Part shown: positions 39,479 to 48,814 of the stretch, in pieces
Layout of the letters: each line of letters opens with the position of its first letter
Position numbering within the stretch: the first letter of the stretch is position 1
Origin: an uncultured Candidatus Rokubacteria bacterium
GTDB taxonomy: Bacteria > Methylomirabilota > Methylomirabilia > Rokubacteriales > CSP1-6
NCBI GenBank assembly: GCA_963827505.1
Contig: CAWHBD010000001.1
Location: 1,286,663-1,350,662 of the forward strand
Direction: 5' to 3'
Length of the DNA: 64,000 bases
Program-made: the position numbers and the translations under genes
The notes under the pieces: model-generated
What the model saw: only the letters and a program-made list of their open reading frames with translations
Databases searched by the model: none
What the model was told of the DNA's origin: nothing

Positions 39479-40462
39479 ATGCGCGCCACCGAGACCGTCG
39501 AGATCGGCCGAACCGGGCTTCGTGTCACGCGCCTCGGACTCGGGGGCGTCGCCCTTTCGGGCGCGCCGCCCGCCACGGACCCCGAACGGGCCACCGCGGA
39601 GGGGGAGGCCGTGGCGCTGATCCAGCGCAGCCTGGCGCTGGGCGTCAACTACCTCGATACCGCACCGATGTACGGCGTCGGCGAGAGTGAGGCGCGCTAC
39701 GGCGAAGCCCTGCGCGGCGTCCCTCGCGGGAGTTACGTGCTGTCGACCAAGGTGGGCCGCGTTCTCCAGCCACCGGCGCCGGCGTCGGCGAAGGCCACGT
39801 GGGCGTTCGACTTCAGCGCCCGGGGCGTCCGCGAGTCATTCAAGGCCTCGCTCGAGCGCCTCGGACTCGAGCGCGTCGACATCGTGTTCGTCCATGATCC
39901 CGACGACCACTACGAGCAAGCCCTGAAGGAAGCCTTCCCCGTCCTCGTCGAGCTCCGCGCCGCTGGCGTGGTCCGGGCCATCGGCGCCGGTATGAATCAA
40001 TGGCAGATGGAGCTGGCGTTCGCGCGGGAGGGCCACTGCGACTGCTTCCTGCTCGCCGGCCGGTACACGCTCCTGGATCAGACTGCGCTCTCCGAGTTCC
40101 TGCCGTACTGCGTCGAGCGCGGGATCGCGGTCGTCGCGGGCGGCCCGTACAACAGCGGCATCCTCGCGGTGGGCGCCCGGGCCGGCGCCACGTTCAACTA
40201 CCGCGCCGCCTCACCGGAGATGATGGACAGGGCCGCGCGGATCGGCGAGGTGTGCGCGCGCCACGGCGTGCCCTTGAAGGCGGCGGCGCTGCAGTTCATC
40301 CTCGCGCATCCGGCCATCGTCTCCGTGATCCCTGGCGCGCGGTCCATCCAGGAGGTCGAGGACAACGTGCGCATGGTCGAGCTTCCGATCCCCGGGGCGC
40401 TCTGGGCGGAGTTGAAGGGCAGCGGCTTGATCGCCGAGGCGGCACCGACGCCGAGGAGCTGA
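39479..40462 (+). CDS. Aldo/keto reductase
   Basis: The ATG immediately follows the TAG of the ADH gene. The sequence LGLGGVALSG...YLDTAPMYG...VFVHDPD is present. The product is 327 aa. Confidence 0.9.
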   Translation: MRATETVEIGRTGLRVTRLGLGGVALSGAPPATDPERATAEGEAVALIQRSLALGVNYLDTAPMYGVGESEARYGEALRGVPRGSYVLSTKVGRVLQPPAPASAKATWAFDFSARGVRESFKASLERLGLERVDIVFVHDPDDHYEQALKEAFPVLVELRAAGVVRAIGAGMNQWQMELAFAREGHCDCFLLAGRYTLLDQTALSEFLPYCVERGIAVVAGGPYNSGILAVGARAGATFNYRAASPEMMDRAARIGEVCARHGVPLKAAALQFILAHPAIVSVIPGARSIQEVEDNVRMVELPIPGALWAELKGSGLIAEAAPTPRS

Positions 40463-40470
40463 GCACCGCC

Positions 40471-40502
40471 CGACGGGCCGCCCCTCGCGGAGCGGCCCGT
40501 CG
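40471..40502. terminator. Bidirectional GC-rich hairpin between convergent genes
   Basis: CGACGGGCCGC-ccctcgcgga-GCGGCCCGTCG has a perfect 11-bp stem. Confidence 0.5.
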
Positions 40503-40520
40503 TCGTGACGGTTCAGTGGC

Positions 40521-42180
40521 TCAGCTGTGCCACTTGAACTGCTGCGGCTTGCGGGCGGACTCCTGGGAGATGACCGACGTTGACCAGCGCCGGGCCCTTG
40601 AACGCCGTCGCCTGCTCCAGCGCCGACTTCAAGTCTTTTGGATTCTCGACGAACCAGCCCTTGCCGCCGAAGGCCTCCATCATCTTGTCGTAGCGGGCGC
40701 CGTAGATCAGCGCGTTCGGCCGCATGTTCTGCAGCGGGTTGTCCGGATGCTTGGCGTGGCCGGGCCCGATGCCGCCGTTGTTGAAGACGACGATCTTGAC
40801 CGGCAGCTGATAGCGGCAGACCGTCTCCATCTCCATGCCGGAGAAGCCGATCGCCGAGTCGCCCGAGACCGAGATGATCGGCTTGTCGGGATGCACCACC
40901 GCGGCGGCGACGACGAAGCCCATGCCGATGCCCATCGTGCCGTAGCTGCCGGCGTCGAGCCGGTGCCGCGGCCTGGCGTTGAGCAGCTGGGTACGCCCGA
41001 TGTCCATCGTGCTCGCGCCCTCGCCGATGATGATCGCGTCCTCCGGCGCCCACGCGGCCACGTCCTTCAGGGCGCGGTAGTAGTTGGCCGGCGCCGTGTC
41101 GTCGACCAGCTGGGGTGCGATCTGCGCCGCGTTCGCCGCCGCCTTCTCGGCGATGGCAGCGTGCCAGGGCGAATCTTTGGGATAGACCCACTCGCGCTTC
41201 TCGAGCGCCTTGTTGAGCTGCCCGACGATCGCCTTGCCGTCGCCGACCAGGGCGACCTCGGTCGGCGCGTTCTGGCCGATCGTCTCCGGCGCGATGTCGA
41301 GCTGGATGATGCGGACGTTCTTGTTGAAGCGCGGCGGCAGGCCGAAGTGCATGATCCAGTTGAGCCGCGCGCCCATCAGGAAGACGACGTCGGCATTCTG
41401 GAGCGCGTGGCTGCGGGCGGCGCCGACCGACAGCGGATGGTCGTCGGGCATCACGCCCTTGCCCATCGGCGAGGCCAGGAACGGCACCTTGGTGCGCTCG
41501 ATGAACTTGCGGACCTCGTCCTCGGCCCGCGCGTAGGCCATGCCCTTGCCGACGATGACGAGCGGCCGCTCGGCCGAGCGGAGCACGTCCAGCGCCTGCT
41601 CGACGTTCTCCGGGATGGCCTGGGTGCGGGGCGGATCCGGGCAGCGCGCCGGCTCGTCCACCTGTGACTCGTCGACCTTGCCGGTGATGATGTCGTCCGG
41701 CATGTCGAGATAGCTGGCGCCGGGCCGGCCGTAGATGGCGTTCCGCACCGCCATCTCGACGTAGAACGGGATGCGGTGGACGTGCTCGACCGCGTGCGCG
41801 AACTTGCAGAAGGGCGTGGCGATCAGCACCTGCCGCTCTTCCTGGAACGCGCCCATGCCGTTGCGCCAGGACTCGGAGGCGCCGCCGATGAGGATCATCG
41901 GCCAGCCGTTCTGCTGGGCGTTGGCGAGGCCGGCGAGGGCGTGGATCACGCCAGGACCCGACACGACGAGGCAGGCGCCGGGGCGGCCGGTCAGATAGCC
42001 GACGGCCTGGGCGGCATACGAGGCGGACTGCTCGTTGCGCATCCCGACGTAGGTGATTCCTTCCGCCTGCGCGGCGGTGGCGATCGGGCCCACCGGGAAC
42101 CCGACGATCCCGAACATGTACTGCACGCCCTGCTTCTTGAGGCTCCTCGCTACTAGGGTTGCGCCGTCGACTTCGGCCAT
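40521..42180 (-). pseudogene. Thiamine-diphosphate enzyme, oxalyl-CoA decarboxylase / 2-hydroxyacyl-CoA lyase-like, C-terminal frameshift as sequenced
   Basis: ATG 42180 follows AGGAGAG. The ThDP motif is GDSAIGFSGMEMETVCRYQLPVKIVVFNNGG. After ...GPALVNV the track frame gives GHLPGVRPQAAAVQVAQLSH. A 1-nt shift at about 40573-40578 gives VISQESARKPQQFKWHS-stop (TGA 40521-40523), the canonical family C-terminus. Confidence 0.85.
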
Positions 42181-42307
42181 GAGTTCTCTCCTGTCAGAAT
42201 GGGATCGTCCGGAGCCCGTCTCCTCTTTCCCGCCTGGGCCCGAGCCAAGATCGCGCCCCCCGGACCCAGAGTCAAGCCCCGGGCCGAGGAATGCCCGGTG
42301 GCCGGGC

Positions 42308-43360
42308 TCAGGACGGCAGGATGACCGCCTTGCCGGTCGTCTGCGTGTCGAAAAGCTTGTAGGCTTCCTCGGCCTGGTCGAGCTTCCAGCGGTGCGTGAA
42401 GAGCTTCTCCACATCCACCTTCCGGTCAGCCACGAACTCGGCGCATTCGGCCTGGCCTTGCTTCGAGAACGTCCAGGACCCTACCAGCGTCACCTGCCGG
42501 CGCAAGAGATCCGGGCTGACGTCCAGCGTCACCTGGCCGCGCTCGCCGACGAAGCAGGCCGTGCCCCAGGAACGCACGGCGCGCACGGCGGCGGCGCGGG
42601 CATCCGGCGCCGAGGAGGCGTCCAGGGTCTTGTGGGCGCCCTCGCCGTGGGTGAGCTGGCGGATGGCCGCCACCACGTCGCCCGCCTTGCCGTCGATCAC
42701 CTCGTGGGCGCCGAATGCCTGGGCGAGCTTGCGTCGCTCGGGAGCCACGTCGATGGCGATGACGCGCGCCCCCATCTCGACGGCGAGCTGGGTCGCCGAC
42801 AGTCCCACCGGCCCCTGGCCGAAGATGGCGATCGTCTCGCCGCCCTGCAGGTTGACTCGCCTCAGGGCGCCCCAGGCCGTGCCGGTGCCGCACGAGATCG
42901 CCGCGCCCGTCACGAAGGAGAGCGCGTCCGGCAGCGGCACCAGCGTGGACACCGGCACCTTCATGTACCGGGCGTGGCCGCCGTGCCCGCCGGAGCCGTA
43001 GACCACCGTGCCCGCCAGGCACATCTGCGTCCAGCCCGCCCGGCAATGCTTGCAGTTGCCGCAGCCGTCGTAGTGGTGGTCCATCACGCGCTGGCCGACC
43101 CGGGCCTCCTTCTCGGCGACCCCGGCGCCCACCGCGGCGACGACGCCGCAGGGCTCGTGGCCGGCGATCATTCCGGCCTCCCGCTTGATGCCACCGGTCA
43201 CGGTCCCCGGCTGATGGGCCGGGGCGCGATAGTTGTGCAGGTCGCTGCCGCACATGCCCGAGGCCTTGATCTCGAGGATCACGTCCCGGGGGCCGGGTGT
43301 CGGGTCGGGGAACTCCCTGATCTCCAGCTTGCGATCTCCGAGAAACACGACGCCTTTCAT
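42308..43360 (-). CDS. Zinc-dependent alcohol dehydrogenase family (MDR) oxidoreductase
   Basis: ATG 43360 (MKGVVFLGDRK) follows GGAGGAAG. The zinc ligands are GMCGSDLH, GHEPCG and the structural CGNCKHC. The Rossmann motif is GQGPVG. Confidence 0.85.
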   Translation of the reverse strand: MKGVVFLGDRKLEIREFPDPTPGPRDVILEIKASGMCGSDLHNYRAPAHQPGTVTGGIKREAGMIAGHEPCGVVAAVGAGVAEKEARVGQRVMDHHYDGCGNCKHCRAGWTQMCLAGTVVYGSGGHGGHARYMKVPVSTLVPLPDALSFVTGAAISCGTGTAWGALRRVNLQGGETIAIFGQGPVGLSATQLAVEMGARVIAIDVAPERRKLAQAFGAHEVIDGKAGDVVAAIRQLTHGEGAHKTLDASSAPDARAAAVRAVRSWGTACFVGERGQVTLDVSPDLLRRQVTLVGSWTFSKQGQAECAEFVADRKVDVEKLFTHRWKLDQAEEAYKLFDTQTTGKAVILPS

Positions 43361-43418
43361 GGCTTCCTCCGGTGCCCTATCCTCGTGCCTCTCCTCGGTT
43401 CTGTCCACCCCTACCCGG

Positions 43419-43448
43419 TTGACCGCCCTCGGGCCGCCGGACTACGCT
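43419..43448 (+). promoter_or_regulatory. Possible sigma70-type promoter TTGACC-N18-TACGCT upstream of the NIPSNAP gene
   Basis: This is a pattern match in the 147-nt divergent intergenic region. Confidence 0.3.
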
Positions 43449-43507
43449 CTCGTCACCTTCAACCCGGCCCACCGAACGAAAACAAACGAGGATGCGGGAG
43501 GATCGCC

Positions 43508-43834
43508 ATGACGGTGTATGAGATGCGGACCTACACGCTTCAGGTCGGCAAGATGGGCGAAGCCGTGAAGCTCTATTCCGAGTTCGGGTACCCCGCGCTC
43601 CAGAAAGGCGGCCAGGACAAGAAGCTGATCGGCTACTTCCAGAGCGACACGGGCACGATCAATCAGCTCGTTCACCTGTGGAAGTTCGACGACGACGCCG
43701 ACCGCCGCGCCCACTGGGCTTCGGTCTTTGCCAACAAGGATTTCGTCGAAGGCTTCGCCGTCAAATTCCGCCCGTTGCTCATCTCCCAGGAGGTCAAGCT
43801 CCTGACCGCGGCCCCGTGGGGACCGCATCCCTGA
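43508..43834 (+). CDS. NIPSNAP family protein
   Basis: The sequence MTVYEMRTYTLQVGKMGEAVKLY...INQLVHLWKFDD is a typical NIPSNAP repeat. The product is 108 aa. Confidence 0.8.
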   Translation: MTVYEMRTYTLQVGKMGEAVKLYSEFGYPALQKGGQDKKLIGYFQSDTGTINQLVHLWKFDDDADRRAHWASVFANKDFVEGFAVKFRPLLISQEVKLLTAAPWGPHP

Positions 43835-43856
43835 GAAGGCCTGCGGGTCGCGAGGG

Positions 43857-44429
43857 CTAGCCGCGCCCGGCCGCCAGCGGCGGCGGACCGAACGCGCCGC
43901 CGGTGGTGGTCGGCATGTCCAGCAGCGCGTTGACGAGATCGGCCAGCGCCGCCCGCGACGGCTGATCGGCCAGCGCGCCCTCCCGGAAGTGCGCGGCTTC
44001 CAGGTAGACGCTGGTCGGCACCACCCGCGCGCCGAACCAGGCCAGTACCGCGCGGAGCTGCCAGTCGACGCCCAGGTAGTGATGCGGCGTCGCGCCCATG
44101 GCCACGATGCCCACGGGCTTGGCGCGCAGCGCCTCGATGGGCGTCAGGTCGAGCAGGTTCTTGAGCGCCCCCGTGAAGGTGCCGCGATAGACGGGACTGG
44201 CCAGCAGCACGCAGTCGGCCCCGGCCACGGCCGCCACGACGGTGCCGGTGTCGTCGCCGAACTTCTCGGGAGGGCGGCCGTCGGCGAAGGAGACACGGTG
44301 ATCGGCCAGGTTGAGCAGCGACGCCGACACGCCGGGCCGCGCCGCCGCCACCTCCACCGCCGTGGCGATCGCCGCGTTCAACCGGCCGGGCGGGGTCACG
44401 CTGCCGACGACGGCCAGAAAGGTGGTCAC
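43857..44429 (-). CDS. NAD(P)H-dependent FMN reductase
   Basis: GTG 44429 forms a GTGA overlap with the upstream LLM stop. The sequence LAVVGSVTPPGRLN...ASPVYRGTFTGALKNLLD is present. Confidence 0.8.
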   Translation of the reverse strand: MTTFLAVVGSVTPPGRLNAAIATAVEVAAARPGVSASLLNLADHRVSFADGRPPEKFGDDTGTVVAAVAGADCVLLASPVYRGTFTGALKNLLDLTPIEALRAKPVGIVAMGATPHHYLGVDWQLRAVLAWFGARVVPTSVYLEAAHFREGALADQPSRAALADLVNALLDMPTTTGGAFGPPPLAAGRG

Positions 44430-45526
44430 GCCCCCACCATGGCCGCGCGATCGCGGCGGGCCACCTCGGCGCGCACCAGCGGGATCAGCTCGCGCCCGTA
44501 GTCGAGCGCGTCGTTCAGCGGATCGAAGCCGCGGATGAGCAGGGTCGTGCAGCCGATGTCGTAGTAGTCGAGCAGCGCCTCGGCCACCTGCTCCGGAGTG
44601 CCCACGAGCGCGGTGGTGTTGCCGGCCCCGCCCATGGCGGCGGCAATCGGCGTCCACAGGCGCTTGTCGTGCACCTCGGCCTCACGCGCGAAGTCCACGA
44701 GCCGCCGCGCCCCCACCGCCTGTGGGCGCATGCCCGCCCCCTCGCCCACCACGCTCGGTCGAGCCTCCATCACCTTGGCCAGGATGCGTCGCGCGCGCGC
44801 CCACGCCTGTGTCTCCGTGGGCGCGATGATCGGTCGCAGCGAAACGCTGATGCGGGGACGGCGCCCGAACACCGCCGCCCTCTCGTGGATGTCCGCGATG
44901 CGCTGCGTGACGGCGGCGAGTGGCTCGCCCCAGAGCGCGTACACGTCGCAATGCCTGGCCGCCACCGTGGCGGCGGCACCCGAGGCGCCGCCGAAGTAGA
45001 GCGGGATGCCGCCGGGTCGGAGCGGCTTGACCTCCGAGAACGCCTTGGCGAATCGGTAGAACTCACCCTCGTGATCGAACGGCTCGGGCGCCGTCCACAT
45101 GCGGCGCAGCACGTCCAGATACTCGTCGGTGCGCCGGTAGCGCGTGTCGTGGTCGAGCCAGTCGCCATCACGGGTCTGCTCGGCATCGCTGCCGCCCGTG
45201 ATGATGTGCAGCGCGACGCGGCCGTTCGTCACGTGGTCCAGCGTGGCTGCGGCGCGCGCGGTGAGCGTGGGCGCCACGAAGCCGGGCCGGTGGGCGATCA
45301 GGTAGCTCAGCCGCTCGGTGTGGGCGGCCGCGTAGCCCGTCACCGCGAATCCCTCGGCCGACGTCGAGGTGTAGCCGACCAGCACGCGGTCAAAGTCGGC
45401 CTTCTCGTGAGCCTGGGCGAAGCCGCGTAGCCACTGGGTGTCGACGGCGCCCCCGATCACGTGCACGGCGGCGCCGTCCGCGCCTTCCGGCTTCACCCCG
45501 ATCATGCCGACGATCTCGACGGGCAT
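44426..45526 (-). CDS. LLM-class flavin-dependent monooxygenase (alkanesulfonate-monooxygenase-like)
   Basis: The 366 aa product carries HRPGFVAPTLTARAAATLDHVTNGRVALHIITGG and a C-terminal GTPEQVAEALLDY. Confidence 0.85.
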   Translation of the reverse strand: MPVEIVGMIGVKPEGADGAAVHVIGGAVDTQWLRGFAQAHEKADFDRVLVGYTSTSAEGFAVTGYAAAHTERLSYLIAHRPGFVAPTLTARAAATLDHVTNGRVALHIITGGSDAEQTRDGDWLDHDTRYRRTDEYLDVLRRMWTAPEPFDHEGEFYRFAKAFSEVKPLRPGGIPLYFGGASGAAATVAARHCDVYALWGEPLAAVTQRIADIHERAAVFGRRPRISVSLRPIIAPTETQAWARARRILAKVMEARPSVVGEGAGMRPQAVGARRLVDFAREAEVHDKRLWTPIAAAMGGAGNTTALVGTPEQVAEALLDYYDIGCTTLLIRGFDPLNDALDYGRELIPLVRAEVARRDRAAMVGA

Positions 45527-45629
45527 GGTGGCGACTATACCCCGGGTCGCGGCCGTTCAGTCGAGGGGCCTTCGACTTCCCCCGCGACGACACCGGTCGT
45601 ATGCTGGATCTGCGGAGGAGGAGATTGGC

Positions 45630-46037
45630 GTGACGGCGATTGACCGGTTGAATGAGCTCCTCGAGGCAGAGCGGGCGGGCGTGGACACGCTCTCCCGGCT
45701 GTTTCCCGAGGCCCGCAGCCCCGAGATGCAGAAGCTCTTCGAGGAGGTCCGGGACGACGAGGCCTGGTCCTGCGCGGGGCTCGTCCGCTCCATCCAGGCG
45801 ATGGGCGGGGCCATCTCCGACAAGAAGGGAGACTTCGCGGAGAAGGTGATGAGTGAGCCCACCCTCGCCGCCCGGCTTCGGTTTCTGAACCGGGGGCAAG
45901 GGTGGGTCGTGAAACGACTGGATGGCCTACTCGGCGAAACCCTCCCGGCGTCAGTCGGCGGCTTCCTCGAAGAGATGAAGACACGCCACCTCGCCAACAT
46001 CGAGGCCTGCGAGCGGTTGGCGGAGTCTCTGCACTGA
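45630..46037 (+). CDS. Hypothetical helical protein (ferritin-like four-helix-bundle guess)
   Basis: GTG 45630 follows GGAGGAGGAG. The 135 aa sequence begins IDRLNELLEAERAGVDTLSRL... The family is not confidently recognised. Confidence 0.55.
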   Translation: MTAIDRLNELLEAERAGVDTLSRLFPEARSPEMQKLFEEVRDDEAWSCAGLVRSIQAMGGAISDKKGDFAEKVMSEPTLAARLRFLNRGQGWVVKRLDGLLGETLPASVGGFLEEMKTRHLANIEACERLAESLH

Positions 46038-46708
46038 GCGCCGACGACGTCAAAGCCTGGAGAAAATCCGAGCGCGCCCGGCTGATCGCAGCACGTGAGA
46101 GTCTCGACGCGGCCACGCTGGACCGCTTCCGCCAGCGCATGGACGCTCTGCTCTGGCGCTCGTTTCCTGGGCTCGCGGCCGCGAAGCTCGCCTTCTGCTG
46201 GCCGATCCGCAAGGAATACGACGCCCGGCCCCTCGCCCAGCGGCTACGAGAGCGTGGCACGGTCACTGCGCTGCCGGTGGTCGTGGGGCCCCGGCAGCCC
46301 CTCGTCTTCCACGAATGGCACCCCGGCGTGGCCCTCGCCTCCGGCCCGCTCGGCATTCCCTACCCGGTGGGGTCTGAGCCCGTCGCTCCCACCGCCGTAC
46401 TACTGCCCATGAACGGGTGGGACGAAGCCGGCTACCGCCTCGGCTACGGGGGCGGCTTCTTCGACCGAACCCTGGCGAGCCTGGCGAAGAAGCCCGTTGT
46501 CGTCGGCGTCAGCTACGAGCTGGCCAGAATGAAGACCATCCGGCCGCAGAGCTGGGATATCCCGATGGACTGGGTCGTGACCGAGCGCGGTATTTACCGA
46601 CGTGATCCAGAGGGGCTGGTGTTCCTTGGCGAACCCGCCGCCGGAGAGCCCAGCGCCCTCGCCTCCCCGGTCTGCTACGCCGCCGAGGTCGATCCCGGGC
46701 AGCCCTGA
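46034..46708 (+). CDS. 5-formyltetrahydrofolate cyclo-ligase family protein, start codon uncertain
   Basis: The family-typical sequence is KAWRKSERARLIAARESL...LLPMNGWDEAGYRLGYGGGFFDRTL. There is no ATG/GTG/TTG near the expected N-terminus. CTG 46034 overlaps the upstream TGA (CTGA). The GTG at 45902 would overlap the previous gene by 136 nt. Confidence 0.7.
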   Translation: MSADDVKAWRKSERARLIAARESLDAATLDRFRQRMDALLWRSFPGLAAAKLAFCWPIRKEYDARPLAQRLRERGTVTALPVVVGPRQPLVFHEWHPGVALASGPLGIPYPVGSEPVAPTAVLLPMNGWDEAGYRLGYGGGFFDRTLASLAKKPVVVGVSYELARMKTIRPQSWDIPMDWVVTERGIYRRDPEGLVFLGEPAAGEPSALASPVCYAAEVDPGQP

Positions 46709-46719
46709 TGTACCGATCC

Positions 46720-47668
46720 TCAGGGGCCGAAGGTGAAGACGAACACTCGCAGGCCGGGGTCGCTCGCGATCAGGGTCAGAACGTGCTTTCCCCGCGGCGC
46801 GCCGGGCCACCAGGCGAATCATCCCTGATCGATCGACGCGTGCCACTCCGGCGGGGTCGACGTCGGCCCCGCGCGCCTCGCCGATCGGTTTGCCGTCGAG
46901 CAGCACCATGATCGCCGCTGTCCCCAGCGGCCCCGGTTGCACGACCAGGTTCACCTCACCAGCCGTGAAGGGAAGGATGATCTTGCCGGTGCCCTTCTGG
47001 AGCTCGAGGTACTGGCGGCCGCTCTGCCAATCACCCTCCAGCGTGATCGTGCCCGGCTCGCGCCGCTCGGCGCCGACGTACGTCTCGTCGGTGATCCCGG
47101 CGTAGGAGGGCATCCCGGTCTTCGCGAACGCCGTCGCCTCGGGGCTGACCGGCGGCAGCGTGGTCCCGGGCCTGGCCGCAACGAGGAGGCGGCGGATCTC
47201 CGCCTCGATCTTGTCGTAGCTCCCCTCGCCGACCCACCGCTTCACCAGCTTCCCGTGCGCGTCGAAGAGGTATTTCGCCGGCCAGGCGTTGTTGCCCAGG
47301 GCCCGCCAGATCGCAAACTCGTTGTCGAGTGCGATCGGATACGTGAGCCCATGGTCGCGAATCCCACGGTCGATGTTCTCGGCGCGCTTGCCGAATTCGA
47401 ACTCGGGCGCATGCACGCCGACCACGACCAGGCCGAGCTTGGCGTAGTCGCGGTCCCACGCCTTGACGTAGGGTGCGGTCCGGATCCAGTTGATGCAGGT
47501 GTACTCCCAGAAGTCGACCAGGACGACCTTGCCGCGCAGTCCCTCGGCCGTGAGCGGCGTCGAGTTCACCCAGCGCTCCGCGTTGAAGGCGGGCATGTCG
47601 CCAGCCGCCCCGGCCAGGCCGGGACCGGCAAGGGCACCGAAGAGCAGGAATGGCAGGATGGCTCTCAT
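46720..47668 (-). pseudogene. Secreted thioredoxin-fold redoxin with a DipZ-C-terminal-like domain, one frameshift as sequenced
   Basis: It has a signal peptide MRAILPFLLFGALAGPGLAGAAG and the redoxin motif VLVDFWEYTCINWIRT. After ...SGMIRLV the frame changes at about 46789-46810. It continues as KHVLTLIASDPGLRVFVFTFGP-stop (TGA 46720-46722), a family-like C-terminus. Confidence 0.75.
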
Positions 47669-47758
47669 ATTCACCTTAAGATGGCGGCTCCGAGGAAAGG
47701 TTTCGCGCAGCGCCAGCCGGTCTCGGTCGTGATCTCGATGGTGCATAATGGCCCGCAC

Positions 47759-48814
47759 ATGACGATCGCACCGCTCCCGAAACGCCTGGGTTTCTTCACC
47801 CGCCTGCTCGATCAGGCCACCCCCGCCGAGCGGTACCGGCTGGCGACCGCGCAGATCATCCACGCCGAGCGGTTCGGCTTCGATACGGCCTGGATCGCCC
47901 AGCACCATTTCCATGAGGACGAGGGCGGCCTGCCCGCGCCGTTCGTCTTCCTGGCCCAGGTCGCGGCCCAGACGACGCGGATCCGCCTCGGAACGGGGAT
48001 CGTGACCTTGCCGCTGGAGCTGCCGATCCGGGTGGCCGAGGACTCCGCGGTGCTCGACCTGATGTGTGGCGGCCGCCTCGAAGTGGGCGTCGGCGGTGGC
48101 GGCAACCTTTCCTCGTACGCGGCGTTCGGCCAGGACAGTGCCGAGCGCACGGCGGTGCTGGTCAGACACCTTCAAGTGCTGCGCGATGCCTGGGCGGGGC
48201 GATCGCTGCCCGGAGGCGCGGACCAGCTGTATCCAAAGAATCCAAGCCTGGTCGAGCGGGTGTGGCAGGCCACCTTCTCGGTGGATGGAGCAAGGCGGGC
48301 CGGCGCCGCCGGCGACGGGCTCATGCTGTCGCGCACGCAGCCGAGGCCGGCCAGCACTCCCGATCTGTCGCTGGCCGAGATCCAGAACCCGATGATCGAC
48401 GCGTACCTGGAGGCGCTGCCCGAGGGCCGCAGTCCCCGCATCCTCGCCTCCCGCACCGTGTTCGTGGCCGATGACGGCCAGGAGGCCTTGCGTCTCGCCG
48501 AGACCGGGCTGGGGCGGCATCGCGCACGCCTGACCAGATTGGGCCGGGCCACCGGAGACGGAACGCTCGATGCGATGATCGGCGCGATGGATGTTCACCT
48601 GGGAACGCCTGACGAGGTGATCGCCTCGCTCAAGACGGACAGCGCGCTTGCCCGGGCGACAGAGCTCGCGGTTCAGGTGCATTCGATCGATCCGCCGCAC
48701 CCCTTCATCCTCAGGTCGATCGAGCTGGTTGCCGAGGTCGTGGCGCCGGCACTCGGCTGGGGGCGTGATGCGGCGGGGTCCGGCGTGGTGACCATCCAGC
48801 CAAGAGGGCGGTGA
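47759..48814 (+). CDS. LLM-class FMN-dependent oxidoreductase (the type that partners with CMD/AhpD-like proteins)
   Basis: The sequence MTIAPLPKRLGFFTRLLD...FGFDTAWIAQHHF is present. ATG 47738 is an alternative start. Confidence 0.8.
   Translation: MTIAPLPKRLGFFTRLLDQATPAERYRLATAQIIHAERFGFDTAWIAQHHFHEDEGGLPAPFVFLAQVAAQTTRIRLGTGIVTLPLELPIRVAEDSAVLDLMCGGRLEVGVGGGGNLSSYAAFGQDSAERTAVLVRHLQVLRDAWAGRSLPGGADQLYPKNPSLVERVWQATFSVDGARRAGAAGDGLMLSRTQPRPASTPDLSLAEIQNPMIDAYLEALPEGRSPRILASRTVFVADDGQEALRLAETGLGRHRARLTRLGRATGDGTLDAMIGAMDVHLGTPDEVIASLKTDSALARATELAVQVHSIDPPHPFILRSIELVAEVVAPALGWGRDAAGSGVVTIQPRGR

Noticed and set aside
46400-48700. A 766-aa minus-strand ORF, and the 780-aa ORF at 11172-13514.
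   Set aside because: Both are composites. A real gene segment (redoxin, permease N-terminus) is joined to antisense or out-of-frame read-through of neighbouring genes.
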